A stretch of DNA of 64,000 bases, taken from Candidatus Bathyarchaeia archaeon (lineage in GTDB: Archaea; Thermoproteota; Bathyarchaeia; Bathyarchaeales; Bathycorpusculaceae). Position numbers and translations under genes: made by a program. The stretch is from positions 20,943 to 84,942 of the forward strand of contig JBEKTQ010000014.1 of NCBI GenBank assembly GCA_049515895.1. Reading direction: 5' to 3'. Within the stretch, counting starts at the first letter, position 1. Every line of letters begins with the position of its first letter. This document shows positions 47,850-57,717 of the stretch, piece after piece. The notes beneath the pieces are model-generated. The model did not search any database, was not told where the DNA came from, and saw nothing but the letters and a program-made list of their open reading frames with translations.

Positions 47850-50800
47850 AAATAAAGCCGCATCACTGATAGATCTCTTTCCCGATTCAGTTGTAATAGT
47901 TGACCCTCAAGGAAAAATTGTTGCCGCTAACAAAGTTGTTGGAAAATATACAGGCTACAAATCTGAAGATTTAATCGGGAAGAACCTTTTTGAACAAGGA
48001 TTCTTCGAGGAAGAAACGAGGGCGATCTTACAAGAAAACATGAAAAAGAGGTTGAAAGGCTCACCTATTCCTTGCTACGAAATCAAAATTAAAGCCAAAA
48101 ACGGCGAATTCCAATTCCTAGAAATAAAAGGGAACAAAATCGAGTACGAGGGGCAAATCTGTGACCTAATACTTTTTTATGATGTTACTGAGAGGTCAAA
48201 TAACCAAAAGAAGCTGCAACAAGAACTTCTCGAAAGTGAAGAAAAATCTTGCGGAATCACGAATTCGATTAGGGACGCCGTAATCTTGGTAAATAATGAA
48301 GCCAAGGTGATATATTGGAATCCTGCAGCTGAAAAAACATTTGGTTACACGACCAAAGAGGCGACGGGCAAATACGTACATGAACTGGTAATTCCCAAAA
48401 CAATGTGCAAGGAAGGAAAAGGGCGGATTGACACTTGCGTAAAAGTATTCGGCCAGACGGGAATGGGATATTTCACTGTTGGCAACGTTGAAGTACTTGG
48501 GCGTCGAAAAGACGGAAGTGAATTTCCCGCTGAATTAGCTATGTCCTCCTTGAAGTTGGGTGAAAAGTGGCATGCGGTTGGCGTAGTGCAAGATATCACA
48601 CTGAGAAAAAGAGAAGAGCAGAAACTTAGAGAAGCAGAACAACGCTATCACGCGTTATTTAACCAGGCACCTCTAGGGATTTCGATTCTGGATCCAGAAA
48701 CAACTGCATTCGCCGAATTTAATGATGTTGCACATCTGCAGTTGGGTTATACACGAGAAGAATTTGAAAAACTCACCATTTATGACATAACGGGTGAAGA
48801 AAATAAGAGCATAATCAAATCCCGAATGGATGAAATATTAAAAACCGGCGCCGGGGAATTTGAGACTAAACATCGCGATAAAAACGGGAACATCAGGAAT
48901 GTGCTGGCATCTACGTTAACGCTTCAATTGGCGGGTAAAACATTTGTCCACGCTGTTTTTCATGATGTAACTGAAACACGAAAAGTGCAAAACGATTTGA
49001 TCGAAAGTGAGGCACGGTACCGTCAGTTGGTTGAGCTTGCCCAAGAAGGTATATGGGCTGTAGACAACGAATTAAACACGGTATTTGTCAACCCTCGGCT
49101 AGCGCAAATGTTAGGATACTCTCAGAGTGAAATGGTTGGGAGAAACCTTGTTGATTTTCTTGATAAAGACATGGTAGAGAAGATCATAAAAATCTTTGAG
49201 AAGTTCGATCGCTCCGGAATAAAAGGGCAATATGAATGCGCATTCCTGCACAGAAACGGGTCACACCTTAACACGAGTTTAGCGGTTTCAACTATAACTG
49301 ATGATCAAGGGAAAGTGATTGGGAAACTTGCTTTGGTGGCTGACATTACAGCACGCAAACAAATGGAAAATGAGTTGAGGGCAAGTGAGGAGCGATTCCG
49401 AGCTATCAGCACATCAGCCATGGACGCGATTATTTTGGTTGATGCGGCCGATGTAGTTATTTATTGGAATCCCGCAGCTGAGAAAACCTTTGGTTACTCC
49501 GAAAAGGAAGCATTAGGCAGACAATTGGCTGGGCTGATAATTCCCTCACAGGAACGCGCGAAACACCAAGCGATTCTGCAAGAAATCATTCAAAAACTCT
49601 CTTTGGAGAAACACTATGAATTTATGGCAATAAAGAAGGACAGAACTAGTCTTTCAATTGAGGTCTCTGTCACTTCCTTAATGCTTAATGACAGAAGCTG
49701 CATGTTAGCCATAGCTCGAGACGTTTCTGACCGCAAAACAATGGAGGACGCATTAAAGCAAGAACGCGATATGCTTGAAAATATGGCAGCAAGCATCGAT
49801 GCGGGTCTCACGCTAATTAGCAAAGACTACCGCGTATTATGGGCTAACCAACTGCTAAAACAAGCCAACGGTAACAAACTGGAAAATGAGCACTGCTACT
49901 CAATTTATGACCAGTCAGACAGAATTTGCCCCGATTGTGGGGTAAGAAAAGTCTTTGAAAACGGGGTTGCTGTTGATCGGCATGACTACCGCCTCAAAGT
50001 TCCCGGACGTGACGAATGGGTTGAGCTTATTGTCACTCCTGTGAAGGACAAGGACGGTAAGGTTGTTGCCGCATTGGAGTTGGCAGTGAACATAACTGAA
50101 AGGAAACGTCTGCAAAATAAACTAGCTGAGTACTCCCAGCGTCTTGAGGAACTGGTGCAGCAGAGAACTGAGCAGTTGAAGTTAACGCAAGCTGAACTGG
50201 TCAAGTCAGAGCGGCTGGCTGCCATCGGTGAGTTAGCTGGCATGGTGGGGCATGATTTACGTAATCCATTGAGCGGAATCAAAAATTCGGCTTATTTCTT
50301 GAAGAAGAAAGGTCCTGATATCTCTCCAGCCCAAGCCAAAGAAATGCTTGACATAATCGATAAATGCGTTGATTATTCAAACAAGATAGTAAATGACCTT
50401 TTGGATTACTCAAGAGAAATTCACCTAGAATTACAGGAGTGTTCTCCAAGGCAGATGGTACTCGAATCTTTGGATATGATTCAAGTGCCAGAAAACGTAA
50501 AAATCGTAAATAATCTGTTACACAAGCAGACTTTGAAGGCTGACCCTGACAAATTGAAACGGGTTTTCATAAATCTAATCAGGAACGCGATTGATGCGAT
50601 GCCCGACGGCGGAAAGTTAACGATTTGCGGCAAAGTAAAAGGCGACTATGAAATCTCCTTCGAGGACACGGGCACGGGAATTAAAGAGGAAGTTCTGCCG
50701 AAACTTTTCTCCCCTTTATTTACAACTAAAGCCAAGGGAATGGGTTTCGGCCTAGCAATATGCAAACGTATCGTGGAAGCCCACGGCGGATCAATAACCG

Positions 50801-50931
50801 TTAAGACGGTAAAGAACCAAGGAACCACATTTACTATTGCGTTACCGATTGAACCGAAACTTGAAGTTGGAGGTGAAAAAATTTGGGTAAACATGCCACA
50901 ATCCTCATTGTCGATGACGACGAAAACGTGA
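47812..50931 (+). CDS. Multi-PAS sensor histidine kinase
   Basis: About six PAS/PAC repeats (e.g. YWNPAAEKTFGY); H-box GHDLRNPL; N-box NLIRNAIDA; DTGTG, FTTK, GMGFGL. Confidence 0.95.
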   Translation: MWTLEKNKSSENKNKAASLIDLFPDSVVIVDPQGKIVAANKVVGKYTGYKSEDLIGKNLFEQGFFEEETRAILQENMKKRLKGSPIPCYEIKIKAKNGEFQFLEIKGNKIEYEGQICDLILFYDVTERSNNQKKLQQELLESEEKSCGITNSIRDAVILVNNEAKVIYWNPAAEKTFGYTTKEATGKYVHELVIPKTMCKEGKGRIDTCVKVFGQTGMGYFTVGNVEVLGRRKDGSEFPAELAMSSLKLGEKWHAVGVVQDITLRKREEQKLREAEQRYHALFNQAPLGISILDPETTAFAEFNDVAHLQLGYTREEFEKLTIYDITGEENKSIIKSRMDEILKTGAGEFETKHRDKNGNIRNVLASTLTLQLAGKTFVHAVFHDVTETRKVQNDLIESEARYRQLVELAQEGIWAVDNELNTVFVNPRLAQMLGYSQSEMVGRNLVDFLDKDMVEKIIKIFEKFDRSGIKGQYECAFLHRNGSHLNTSLAVSTITDDQGKVIGKLALVADITARKQMENELRASEERFRAISTSAMDAIILVDAADVVIYWNPAAEKTFGYSEKEALGRQLAGLIIPSQERAKHQAILQEIIQKLSLEKHYEFMAIKKDRTSLSIEVSVTSLMLNDRSCMLAIARDVSDRKTMEDALKQERDMLENMAASIDAGLTLISKDYRVLWANQLLKQANGNKLENEHCYSIYDQSDRICPDCGVRKVFENGVAVDRHDYRLKVPGRDEWVELIVTPVKDKDGKVVAALELAVNITERKRLQNKLAEYSQRLEELVQQRTEQLKLTQAELVKSERLAAIGELAGMVGHDLRNPLSGIKNSAYFLKKKGPDISPAQAKEMLDIIDKCVDYSNKIVNDLLDYSREIHLELQECSPRQMVLESLDMIQVPENVKIVNNLLHKQTLKADPDKLKRVFINLIRNAIDAMPDGGKLTICGKVKGDYEISFEDTGTGIKEEVLPKLFSPLFTTKAKGMGFGLAICKRIVEAHGGSITVKTVKNQGTTFTIALPIEPKLEVGGEKIWVNMPQSSLSMTTKT

Positions 50932-51344
50932 GGAACAGCATGAAAGCCATTCTTGAAGAAGAAGGCTATCTAGTTGATACCGCGACATCCGGGCGCGAGG
51001 CAATTCGAAAGACGCAGAAAACAACCTATAACATCGCTCTCTTAGATATTCGATTACCTGATATGGAAGGCGTCGAACTCCTCAAACTGATTAACGACGG
51101 AGTTCCGAAAACGCGAAAAATCATGGTAACCGGTTACCCCTCAATGCAAAATGCTATTGCTGCTTTGAACAAGAACGCGGACGCATATCTGATAAAATCC
51201 GTAGACGTCGAAAGCCTGCTAGAAACCGTAAAAAATCAGCTACAACTGCAGAAAGGCGAAAGAGAATTCAGCGAGCAAAAAGTAACGGAATTCATCGAAA
51301 GCAGAGTAAAAGAATTAGAAAAGAACCATGTTTTGGGGAGATAA
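50883..51344 (+). CDS. Single-domain response regulator
   Basis: ILIVDDD, LLDIRLPDMEG (phospho-Asp), MVTG, YLIK. Confidence 0.92.
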   Translation: MGKHATILIVDDDENVRNSMKAILEEEGYLVDTATSGREAIRKTQKTTYNIALLDIRLPDMEGVELLKLINDGVPKTRKIMVTGYPSMQNAIAALNKNADAYLIKSVDVESLLETVKNQLQLQKGEREFSEQKVTEFIESRVKELEKNHVLGR

Positions 51345-51512
51345 TGACCTCATTTTTTCTTCGATATTTTGCTTTGGGCCGTTTTTTGTTGTTGTTAATG
51401 TACAGTCACGTATGTTAATTAGCGATTCTCAAGCTATTTCTTTCAGTGAAAGAACCAGCATGGGCCTTAAAGAAGCCTATTTTCTTCAAATCTTCTTTCG
51501 GAGGTGATTGCT

Positions 51513-51677
51513 TTGGCAGATGACAAAAAGAAGGGCGAATTCACAATTCTACAGAGAAAGAAAAAAAGGGAGATAATCGAAGAGAACCGTCATCAAGTCA
51601 ACATTCCGCCGGACGTTAGCGATGAAGAAAAGAAGGCTTTAGAGCAAACGGGTGACGATGCGACCTCAGGATGGTAA
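51513..51677 (+). CDS. Small charged hypothetical protein (54 aa)
   Basis: Strong GGAGGTGA Shine-Dalgarno before TTG; MADDKKKGEFTILQRKKKREIIEENRHQV...GW. Confidence 0.55.
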   Translation: MADDKKKGEFTILQRKKKREIIEENRHQVNIPPDVSDEEKKALEQTGDDATSGW

Positions 51678-51852
51678 AATATCAGTTTCGATTCCGCTGC
51701 CAGCAACTAGTTGCTTCAACATTTTCAAGCCCAACTTGTTTCAAAAGAAACTTCAGGAAAATTCAAACTTAAATTAATCCCACTAGGCCCTCTTACTAAA
51801 TCCACACAAGTCTTTTATTTGCATCAGGTGTAATATAACAAAGGGAAAGCAC

Positions 51853-52113
51853 TTGGTTGAAGAAGCCGTAATCGAGATTGGGCACGTTACACATTTCTTC
51901 TCGAAAATTGGCGTGGCAGTTGTGGAATTGACTTTGCCTCTGGCTGTCGGAGACCGCATACTCGTGAAAGGACCTTTAACCGATTTTGAGCAAACCGTAG
52001 ACTCTATGCAGATAGATCGCAAAGCCATAGAGCGTGCTGAAGGTGGGCAAAGTATCGGTTTGAAAATGGTTCAGGCAGCGAAAGAAAGGGATACAGTGTA
52101 CAAGAAACTCTGA
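51853..52113 (+). CDS. Translation-factor-like beta-barrel (U32 C-terminal-like) small protein
   Basis: IGHVTHFFSKIGVAVVEL...VGD.I...G..TDFEQTV.SMQID...A..GQSIGLK. Confidence 0.8.
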   Translation: MVEEAVIEIGHVTHFFSKIGVAVVELTLPLAVGDRILVKGPLTDFEQTVDSMQIDRKAIERAEGGQSIGLKMVQAAKERDTVYKKL

Positions 52114-52268
52114 TACTTCTTAAGGCACCTTCAAAACGCGCAGGTTGAAGCACCCACAACAAGCAGGCAGAAAGCGTTACAAGATCGCACGATCGCCTTT
52201 GACAATTTAAGATAAAAATGAGAAATTCGACAATTCACAAAACGAAATCATAACGGATTTTTCAGATA

Positions 52269-52556
52269 TCATTCGTGGCATTCTGAAATTTCTGGGTGTC
52301 TGCTCAATTCATCGAGAGATTTGTTTAGCAATACGTTGTCTCCAACGGTAGCGACTAATGAGACGGGCACGCACACCGTTGAGCTTCCAAATCTTTTTTT
52401 GAATCCAAGATCTTCAGATGCAGGTTTTGACAACTTGACATGTAAATGCGTAACTTGCCATTTGCCTGTGTCCATTTCAACCCCTTTAAGCTCCCCGAGA
52501 TCAAAACCGCCTGCACAAATAACAAATTTCCCAGAAAGGTTTTCAAAACTCACCAA
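52269..52556 (-). CDS. PRC-barrel domain protein
   Basis: LSGKFVI...G..LGE..GVEMD...W.VTHL.V...VPVSLV..VGD.VLL. Confidence 0.8.
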   Translation of the reverse strand: MVSFENLSGKFVICAGGFDLGELKGVEMDTGKWQVTHLHVKLSKPASEDLGFKKRFGSSTVCVPVSLVATVGDNVLLNKSLDELSRHPEISECHE

Positions 52557-52856
52557 AGCAAATCACCATTTTAATTATTAAAAAAATCAGCAATATAATT
52601 CTTTCTATGCAGACTCGCTCTGAATGCAAAAATATGCTAAATATCAGTAATCCGAGCTAACCTGTGAAGCATGGGAAAGCTTTGACAAACAATGAAACGG
52701 GGAAGATTTGCGTAGCCCCAAAAGAACCGCTATAACCGAATTTTCCCGACAACGATAAGACCATCGAAGTTTTAAGCAAGCTGCGAAAGAGAAAACGCCT
52801 ACTTCTTACTAACGCTGAAAACGAGAGATAATGGCCAAAATAGGAACATTCCAATG

Positions 52857-52881
52857 CTCAAGGGATTATTTCGCACCCGTT
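52857..52881 (+). repeat. att site, left copy
   Basis: ctcaagggattatttcgcacccgtt, 23/25 identical to 61316-61340. Confidence 0.88.
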
Positions 52882-52961
52882 TTCTAAGGTGATGTCTCCA
52901 CTCCGCACACAATTCCCCTTTTTCTTTTTTTGTTTCTTGGATAGAATCAGGAGATTCTTAG

Positions 52962-53162
52962 ATGTCCTTTTCTGTTTCGGGTTTTAAACCGCGTAATCAT
53001 AGGCGTGTCAAGGACAAAACCCAAGTTATATACGCTGAAAACGTCAGAAAAGCAGTCATGGACGCGCCGAGACAGTTTAAGAATCCGCCTGGAATCCGAG
53101 AATATTGGCGACTGACAAAGCAGAAGCAACGCGCTCGAGGGAAAACAAAGGATGAAGAGTAA
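52962..53162 (+). CDS. Small basic hypothetical protein
   Basis: AGGAG upstream; overlaps the start of the next gene. Confidence 0.45.
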   Translation: MSFSVSGFKPRNHRRVKDKTQVIYAENVRKAVMDAPRQFKNPPGIREYWRLTKQKQRARGKTKDEE

Positions 53163-54114
53163 AAAAACCATCATTCCCCTCTTATTCTGTTTTGTCTTAT
53201 TGGTAGGTTTAGCGGCCTGCTTACTACCTGCCCATGCAACAGGCTTCTTTACTGATGCACGCACGATCTACAAGAACACTGCAGTTCAAATCAAGGATGT
53301 AACCACTGGCGCAAGCAGCGCAGAAGGCATCTATGAAAGTCTTACCTGGACAAACCACGCCGACGACATTCAATACGTCGCCTACGCCAACGGAAGCACT
53401 TTTGTAGGTTGGGATGAAGTTTACGGCAGCACGGTAACTTCGGTTTCTAACAGTTCAACCTATGATGCAGGCGTTCCAGTAATTGACGCAGAGTATAGGG
53501 CCGAGTTCACCGGTGCAGGCGGCTATAACACGTTTCCCCTGCAGGCGGTCCTGATTTCATCTCCTGACAGCTGCAGCATCTTTGACGAAACCACAGGGAT
53601 CCAGTCAATTACAAGTCCGGACGAAACAATTTTTTCCTTCAACCCTGGTGACAAGCTGCTATTTACCGTCGACTTTCAACCTTTTGATGTCTACATCTAT
53701 AGCCAAGTCTTCTTCTACAACACCAACACCACCCTAACCGAATATTATAGTCCATTCGTTTTAACTAATGTCACCTCATCCCTGGTTGTTTACACTTACT
53801 TCACCGGCCAAATAATAGGCCCCACCCCAACGCCGAGCCCTACGCCTAGCGGGTTGACTTTTAATCCAACAGGGTTCAAATCGGATTTTACCGCTATTAT
53901 AGAAATGATTGTTGGTATGCTGTTAACGGCCGCTGGAGTTTTGGTTTTAACTAAGGCTTCTAGCGCCTGGGTAGTCGGCGTTATAGTGCTTCTGGCCGGT
54001 TTCTTTACGTTGATAGTCAGTGAACCTAATCTCTTTGGATTAGCGTCTTTTGCGTTGTCAGTCACGATTTTCGGCGTGTTCTTCTATTCTGGAACTTCAA
54101 AAACGCAAAAGTGA
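53152..54114 (+). CDS. Surface-exposed membrane-anchored protein
   Basis: Signal peptide, T/S/Y-rich beta-type ectodomain, PTPTPSPTP linker, three C-terminal TM helices. Confidence 0.7.
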   Translation: MKSKKTIIPLLFCFVLLVGLAACLLPAHATGFFTDARTIYKNTAVQIKDVTTGASSAEGIYESLTWTNHADDIQYVAYANGSTFVGWDEVYGSTVTSVSNSSTYDAGVPVIDAEYRAEFTGAGGYNTFPLQAVLISSPDSCSIFDETTGIQSITSPDETIFSFNPGDKLLFTVDFQPFDVYIYSQVFFYNTNTTLTEYYSPFVLTNVTSSLVVYTYFTGQIIGPTPTPSPTPSGLTFNPTGFKSDFTAIIEMIVGMLLTAAGVLVLTKASSAWVVGVIVLLAGFFTLIVSEPNLFGLASFALSVTIFGVFFYSGTSKTQK

Positions 54115-54386
54115 GACGCGCTATGCTTTTTTCTCTGATTCTGAGAAAAACTCTGTCTCTTGCAAGAAATCTTTTTGAGCTAATCAAACCTAAGAAAGTC
54201 AGAATTATACTTGCAGACGACGCTTTCATGCTATTCTATTTCAAGTTTATCTGGCCTAAGCTGCCGCAGACTACAAGTTTTTTTCTTTTTTCCATTTCCT
54301 TGTTAGTTGGGACTTGTATTGTTTCGGTAATCTGCGCTGTCAAAGTTAATGATAAAACTTGGATTGAGGAAGCCTTAGGGAAATGA
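54111..54386 (+). CDS. Small membrane protein
   Basis: GTGA overlap with the previous gene; hydrophobic C-terminal half. Confidence 0.45.
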   Translation: MRRAMLFSLILRKTLSLARNLFELIKPKKVRIILADDAFMLFYFKFIWPKLPQTTSFFLFSISLLVGTCIVSVICAVKVNDKTWIEEALGK

Positions 54387-54559
54387 TTGTTCAAAGAAAA
54401 TGCGCAGGATGCAGCACTCCGATATCTAAAGCTAATAAAAGTGGTTTCTGTAGGCGTTGCGTTCCAAAATACCCAAAACCGCCTCAGAGGCACGTTTCAA
54501 GTTTCTACAGTCGACGGCCCAACTTGTTAATGGATGATTGGAGGCTTCATTTTGACTAA
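54383..54559 (+). CDS. Small C4 Zn-finger protein (58 aa, not in the ORF track)
   Basis: ATGA overlap; MIVQRKCAGC...GFCRRC. Confidence 0.55.
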   Translation: MIVQRKCAGCSTPISKANKSGFCRRCVPKYPKPPQRHVSSFYSRRPNLLMDDWRLHFD

Positions 54560-54668
54560 ACCCCACAAACGAAAGACCCCTTCCCAAGTTGGAAAATACA
54601 AGCGAATAATAGACCGCGAACAGGGCGAGGGCGCTTATGTTGTATAGAAAAGAGCAGAGGTTAAGACC

Positions 54669-55193
54669 ATGAGTTTGAAAGACATAGATCATTTACAGCT
54701 TCCGGCCAAAGAATTTGACTGTTCAAAAATAACAGTGGAACAATTACTCGGTAAAATACGAGCGTTCTATATGCGATTGGATACCGCTAAAGATGCTGAC
54801 GATTTTACTGAAAGCAATTTCTTGCAGCTGCTAGAAGCCTACCCTGTTAGCATGGTGGACTATAACGTATCTGAAAGTCTAGGGCTTATAATAGCGCTAA
54901 TCTACTTTAACTCTAAGATAAAAGATGGTGTAGGCGATGATTGGGAAGGCTACACTTATGATGATTTAGCGGTTATTTTTGACCGATCCAAGCAGACTGT
55001 TTATTCGGCTATAAAGCGTAATGAATCTAAAGCGCTTGAAATGCTTCAGGAAACAAGACTAAAAGCTGAAGCAAGAATCAAAGCGGACAAACAAGAACAA
55101 GAAGAACAGAAGCTAAGAAGGTTGAATATACATATCGTTCCTACTCAATCGCTGCCGTTGCCTCCACCACCACCTAACTTAGGTGAGACATAG
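54669..55193 (+). CDS. HTH-containing protein
   Basis: YTYDDLAVIFDRSKQTVYSAIKR. Confidence 0.65.
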   Translation: MSLKDIDHLQLPAKEFDCSKITVEQLLGKIRAFYMRLDTAKDADDFTESNFLQLLEAYPVSMVDYNVSESLGLIIALIYFNSKIKDGVGDDWEGYTYDDLAVIFDRSKQTVYSAIKRNESKALEMLQETRLKAEARIKADKQEQEEQKLRRLNIHIVPTQSLPLPPPPPNLGET

Positions 55194-55380
55194 ATGAAAT
55201 GGACAAACAAACAAACGTATGCGAAGAGTAGAGGTATACTGTGTTTTACTAACTTACTATGGTGTTCAGTTCAAATGGTTTTCACCATGCTATTGCATAA
55301 TAGACGTATAGTTCGTAACGTGAGGTGGAAAACTTACGCAGATTAGCCAACCTAATGAGAACAGTAAGCGTTCCATAGCC

Positions 55381-56061
55381 ATGAAAGGCAACAACCTAGC
55401 TGAAGGCAGACGTACCCTAGCCATGATAGACCGTTATCCAGCGCCGGAAGAAATCTATCAAACGATTATGTCGACTGAGTGGCCTTACAAAAAAGACAAA
55501 GATTTCTATGTGGCACGTGATCGAGCGTTAGCAGCTCTGCTTTACCTAATCGCGATCCGGATATCTGAAGCTAAACGGTTAACCAGGCAACAGTTCAAAC
55601 TTAGCCCCTTCCGAGTGGAAGGAATCAAACTATCAAAGGCCGAGAAGCATAGTAAGAAAACTGGGAAGATCATAATTAGAAAAGACCTCTATCGGAAAGA
55701 AGCCAGGATACCTTTGCATGGTGAAAGAGGGAAGCTAGGCCAACTAGTTTTAGCCTATCTGAAAATGATGGATTTATCTTTCATTCCCCAAAGCTATTAC
55801 GCTGAAGGCAACGACGAAGCTACCACTAAAATGAACTTGAGACTATTTCCTTTCACTGAAAAGAGTACCAGGATAGATCAAATTATCAAGAACATGCTTG
55901 GAATTCCGCCTCATTGGGAACGCGCTTACGGCGAGAACTATCTTTATGAAATATGGGATAAAGACCTGTTAGCCGTGGCCTCTTACATTCAGGTTGATCC
56001 GCGAACGCTGACCAAGTATATTCATGGAACGCATACTAAATACTTGGATAGAGAAAAATAA
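55381..56061 (+). CDS. Catalytic-domain-only tyrosine recombinase
   Basis: RDRAL..LLYL.AIRISEA..L, HWER (HxxR), DLLAV......D...LTKY; lacks the N-terminal core-binding domain. Confidence 0.7.
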   Translation: MKGNNLAEGRRTLAMIDRYPAPEEIYQTIMSTEWPYKKDKDFYVARDRALAALLYLIAIRISEAKRLTRQQFKLSPFRVEGIKLSKAEKHSKKTGKIIIRKDLYRKEARIPLHGERGKLGQLVLAYLKMMDLSFIPQSYYAEGNDEATTKMNLRLFPFTEKSTRIDQIIKNMLGIPPHWERAYGENYLYEIWDKDLLAVASYIQVDPRTLTKYIHGTHTKYLDREK

Positions 56062-56129
56062 TAGTGGTGTAAATAGTAAACTGCACGATACCAAAGAAAG
56101 GGGTGCGGAAGCTGCACACAAAATGTCTT

Positions 56130-56384
56130 TTAGTTATCTTTAGGCCCACCGCCTCGAGCGATATAGGCTCGTTGTTCTCTCCAATTTAGAATAAGAATCT
56201 TACATTTTTTACTAGTCATCTCTATACTTAGTCTGTCTCCAACGAATAGCCATTCCTTTATTTTTTCATAGGCTTCAATGGGCACGCTAAATTCAACGAA
56301 GTTCTTCTTGACTTCAAAGTTATGATCGCCAAAAAATTCCGGCGCAGCTTTCTCTATCACATCTCGTCTAGTTCTTTTCTTCAT
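56130..56384 (-). CDS. Hypothetical protein
   Basis: ATGA-coupled to the upstream HTH gene. Confidence 0.5.
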   Translation of the reverse strand: MKKRTRRDVIEKAAPEFFGDHNFEVKKNFVEFSVPIEAYEKIKEWLFVGDRLSIEMTSKKCKILILNWREQRAYIARGGGPKDN

Positions 56385-56983
56385 GCTTTCTCACCTTCTA
56401 TTCGAGCGGCTAGTTCTTTCGTGAGTTTATCAACGTCTAATTCCTTTCCATACTTCAACACAATTCTTAAAAAATCCTGGGCAAACGCTTTAGCGACATC
56501 TGAAATGTAGAGAGTTATAATACTTTCAGTTAATTCTTTGAAAATATCGGAATCAACTTTCCTGAACTCTTCATTCTCATTTGCGAGTTTTTCCGCGCTT
56601 CTAATCATGGGAATTATGGTCAACAGATTAAGATCAAGATAATAATTCATAACCGAGAAGAAACCTTCTGGGTTCAATGTTTCTTTGAAATTAGCATCTA
56701 CTTTTTCGAGAACCATTGATATTTCTTTAGCGAAATTAGTTTGATAAAGAGGACCCAGTTCCTTTCTTGCATCATCAGTTAGAACGTTAACAACTTTGCC
56801 ATCCCAATATCGTTTAACTACTTTTTCAGTTTTGACTAACTCTTTTAGATGTTGATTGACTACTGCCCGACTTAACTCGGTTTTTTCTATAAGCTCTTTG
56901 AATGTTAGGTTTTGTTTTGCTAATGCTTGTTTGATTGTTGTGTCGTTGGTTTTCCATGTTTGTTTTTGGCCTTCAGTTCGCAC
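56381..56983 (-). CDS. ArsR/wHTH transcriptional regulator (likely element repressor)
   Basis: LTFKELIEKTELSRAVVNQHLKELV; GGTGA Shine-Dalgarno upstream. Confidence 0.8.
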   Translation of the reverse strand: MRTEGQKQTWKTNDTTIKQALAKQNLTFKELIEKTELSRAVVNQHLKELVKTEKVVKRYWDGKVVNVLTDDARKELGPLYQTNFAKEISMVLEKVDANFKETLNPEGFFSVMNYYLDLNLLTIIPMIRSAEKLANENEEFRKVDSDIFKELTESIITLYISDVAKAFAQDFLRIVLKYGKELDVDKLTKELAARIEGEKA

Positions 56984-57000
56984 AGTCTCACCAAACTAAA

Positions 57001-57067
57001 GTATGCTAACCATACCTATTTAATACTAACGGTGATTATGACATTCTTAGTAGTATGGTGACTATAC
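57001..57067. promoter_or_regulatory. Divergent promoter with two related palindromic operators
   Basis: gtatgctaaccatac (57001-57015) and gtatggtgactatac (57053-57067), 12/15 identical in inverted orientation. Confidence 0.5.
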
Positions 57068-57068
57068 C

Positions 57069-57230
57069 GTGCCACATGAACAAACAAGAAAAATTATCCG
57101 AGTTGGAAACAGTCTAGCGGTAACTATCCCGTATGCATGGGCTAAGTATTTCAAACTGAAGGAAAAAGACAGCGTGTTAGTAGTTTCAAACGGCGACATA
57201 ACGATCCAAGTGAATGGAAGCCATGACTGA
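57069..57230 (+). CDS. AbrB/MazE/SpoVT-family DNA-binding protein (53 aa, not in the ORF track)
   Basis: GGTGA Shine-Dalgarno + GTG; RKIIRVGNSLAVTIPYAWAKYFKLKEKDSV. Confidence 0.8.
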   Translation: MPHEQTRKIIRVGNSLAVTIPYAWAKYFKLKEKDSVLVVSNGDITIQVNGSHD

Positions 57231-57717
57231 GTTTGAAAGCGTTCCCGGTTGCTATACAAACTATCCCCATGCACAAGCGCCTAATAGCTGCGAAAAATGC
57301 TACCCCGAACTAAGAAATCAATGTAGATTAGTTGCTGCGAACAAGCCCAAAACGGAGCATAAAAATAACGATGCGACCAGAAAAAATAGAACCAATAATT
57401 TCTTAGGGCACTTATCCTTTCGAAAGCGGTGTTTTGAGAGGTTGTTATGGTTAAATCAGGGATTTTTTAACGAAAAACGATGGTTAAGTTCATTTCAAAG
57501 TGCGGGATTTGCGGGGTTTGTGGAGTCTCAGAACAGAACCAATTTCAGCAAAAATGATAAAGGTTCTAGACGTCACCGCGGGAGAAAAGCCGGTTTCGCG
57601 CTATTTGGCTTTTTGAAAGCTACTATTGCATCTCCTAACTACTACGTGTCTCGCTACGCCATAACAAGTAAAAACGTAGATCAAACTTTGTCCTTGACAA
57701 AGGAGCGCAAACAATGA
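57214..57717 (+). CDS. Hypothetical protein with Cys-rich N-terminus
   Basis: CY...SCEKC......C; ATGA-coupled to the primase gene. Confidence 0.5.
   Translation: MEAMTEFESVPGCYTNYPHAQAPNSCEKCYPELRNQCRLVAANKPKTEHKNNDATRKNRTNNFLGHLSFRKRCFERLLWLNQGFFNEKRWLSSFQSAGFAGFVESQNRTNFSKNDKGSRRHRGRKAGFALFGFLKATIASPNYYVSRYAITSKNVDQTLSLTKERKQ

Noticed and set aside
47812-51344. Repeated YWNPAAEKTFGY segments in the kinase as a novel repeat
   Set aside because: Ordinary tandem PAS domains of a two-component system
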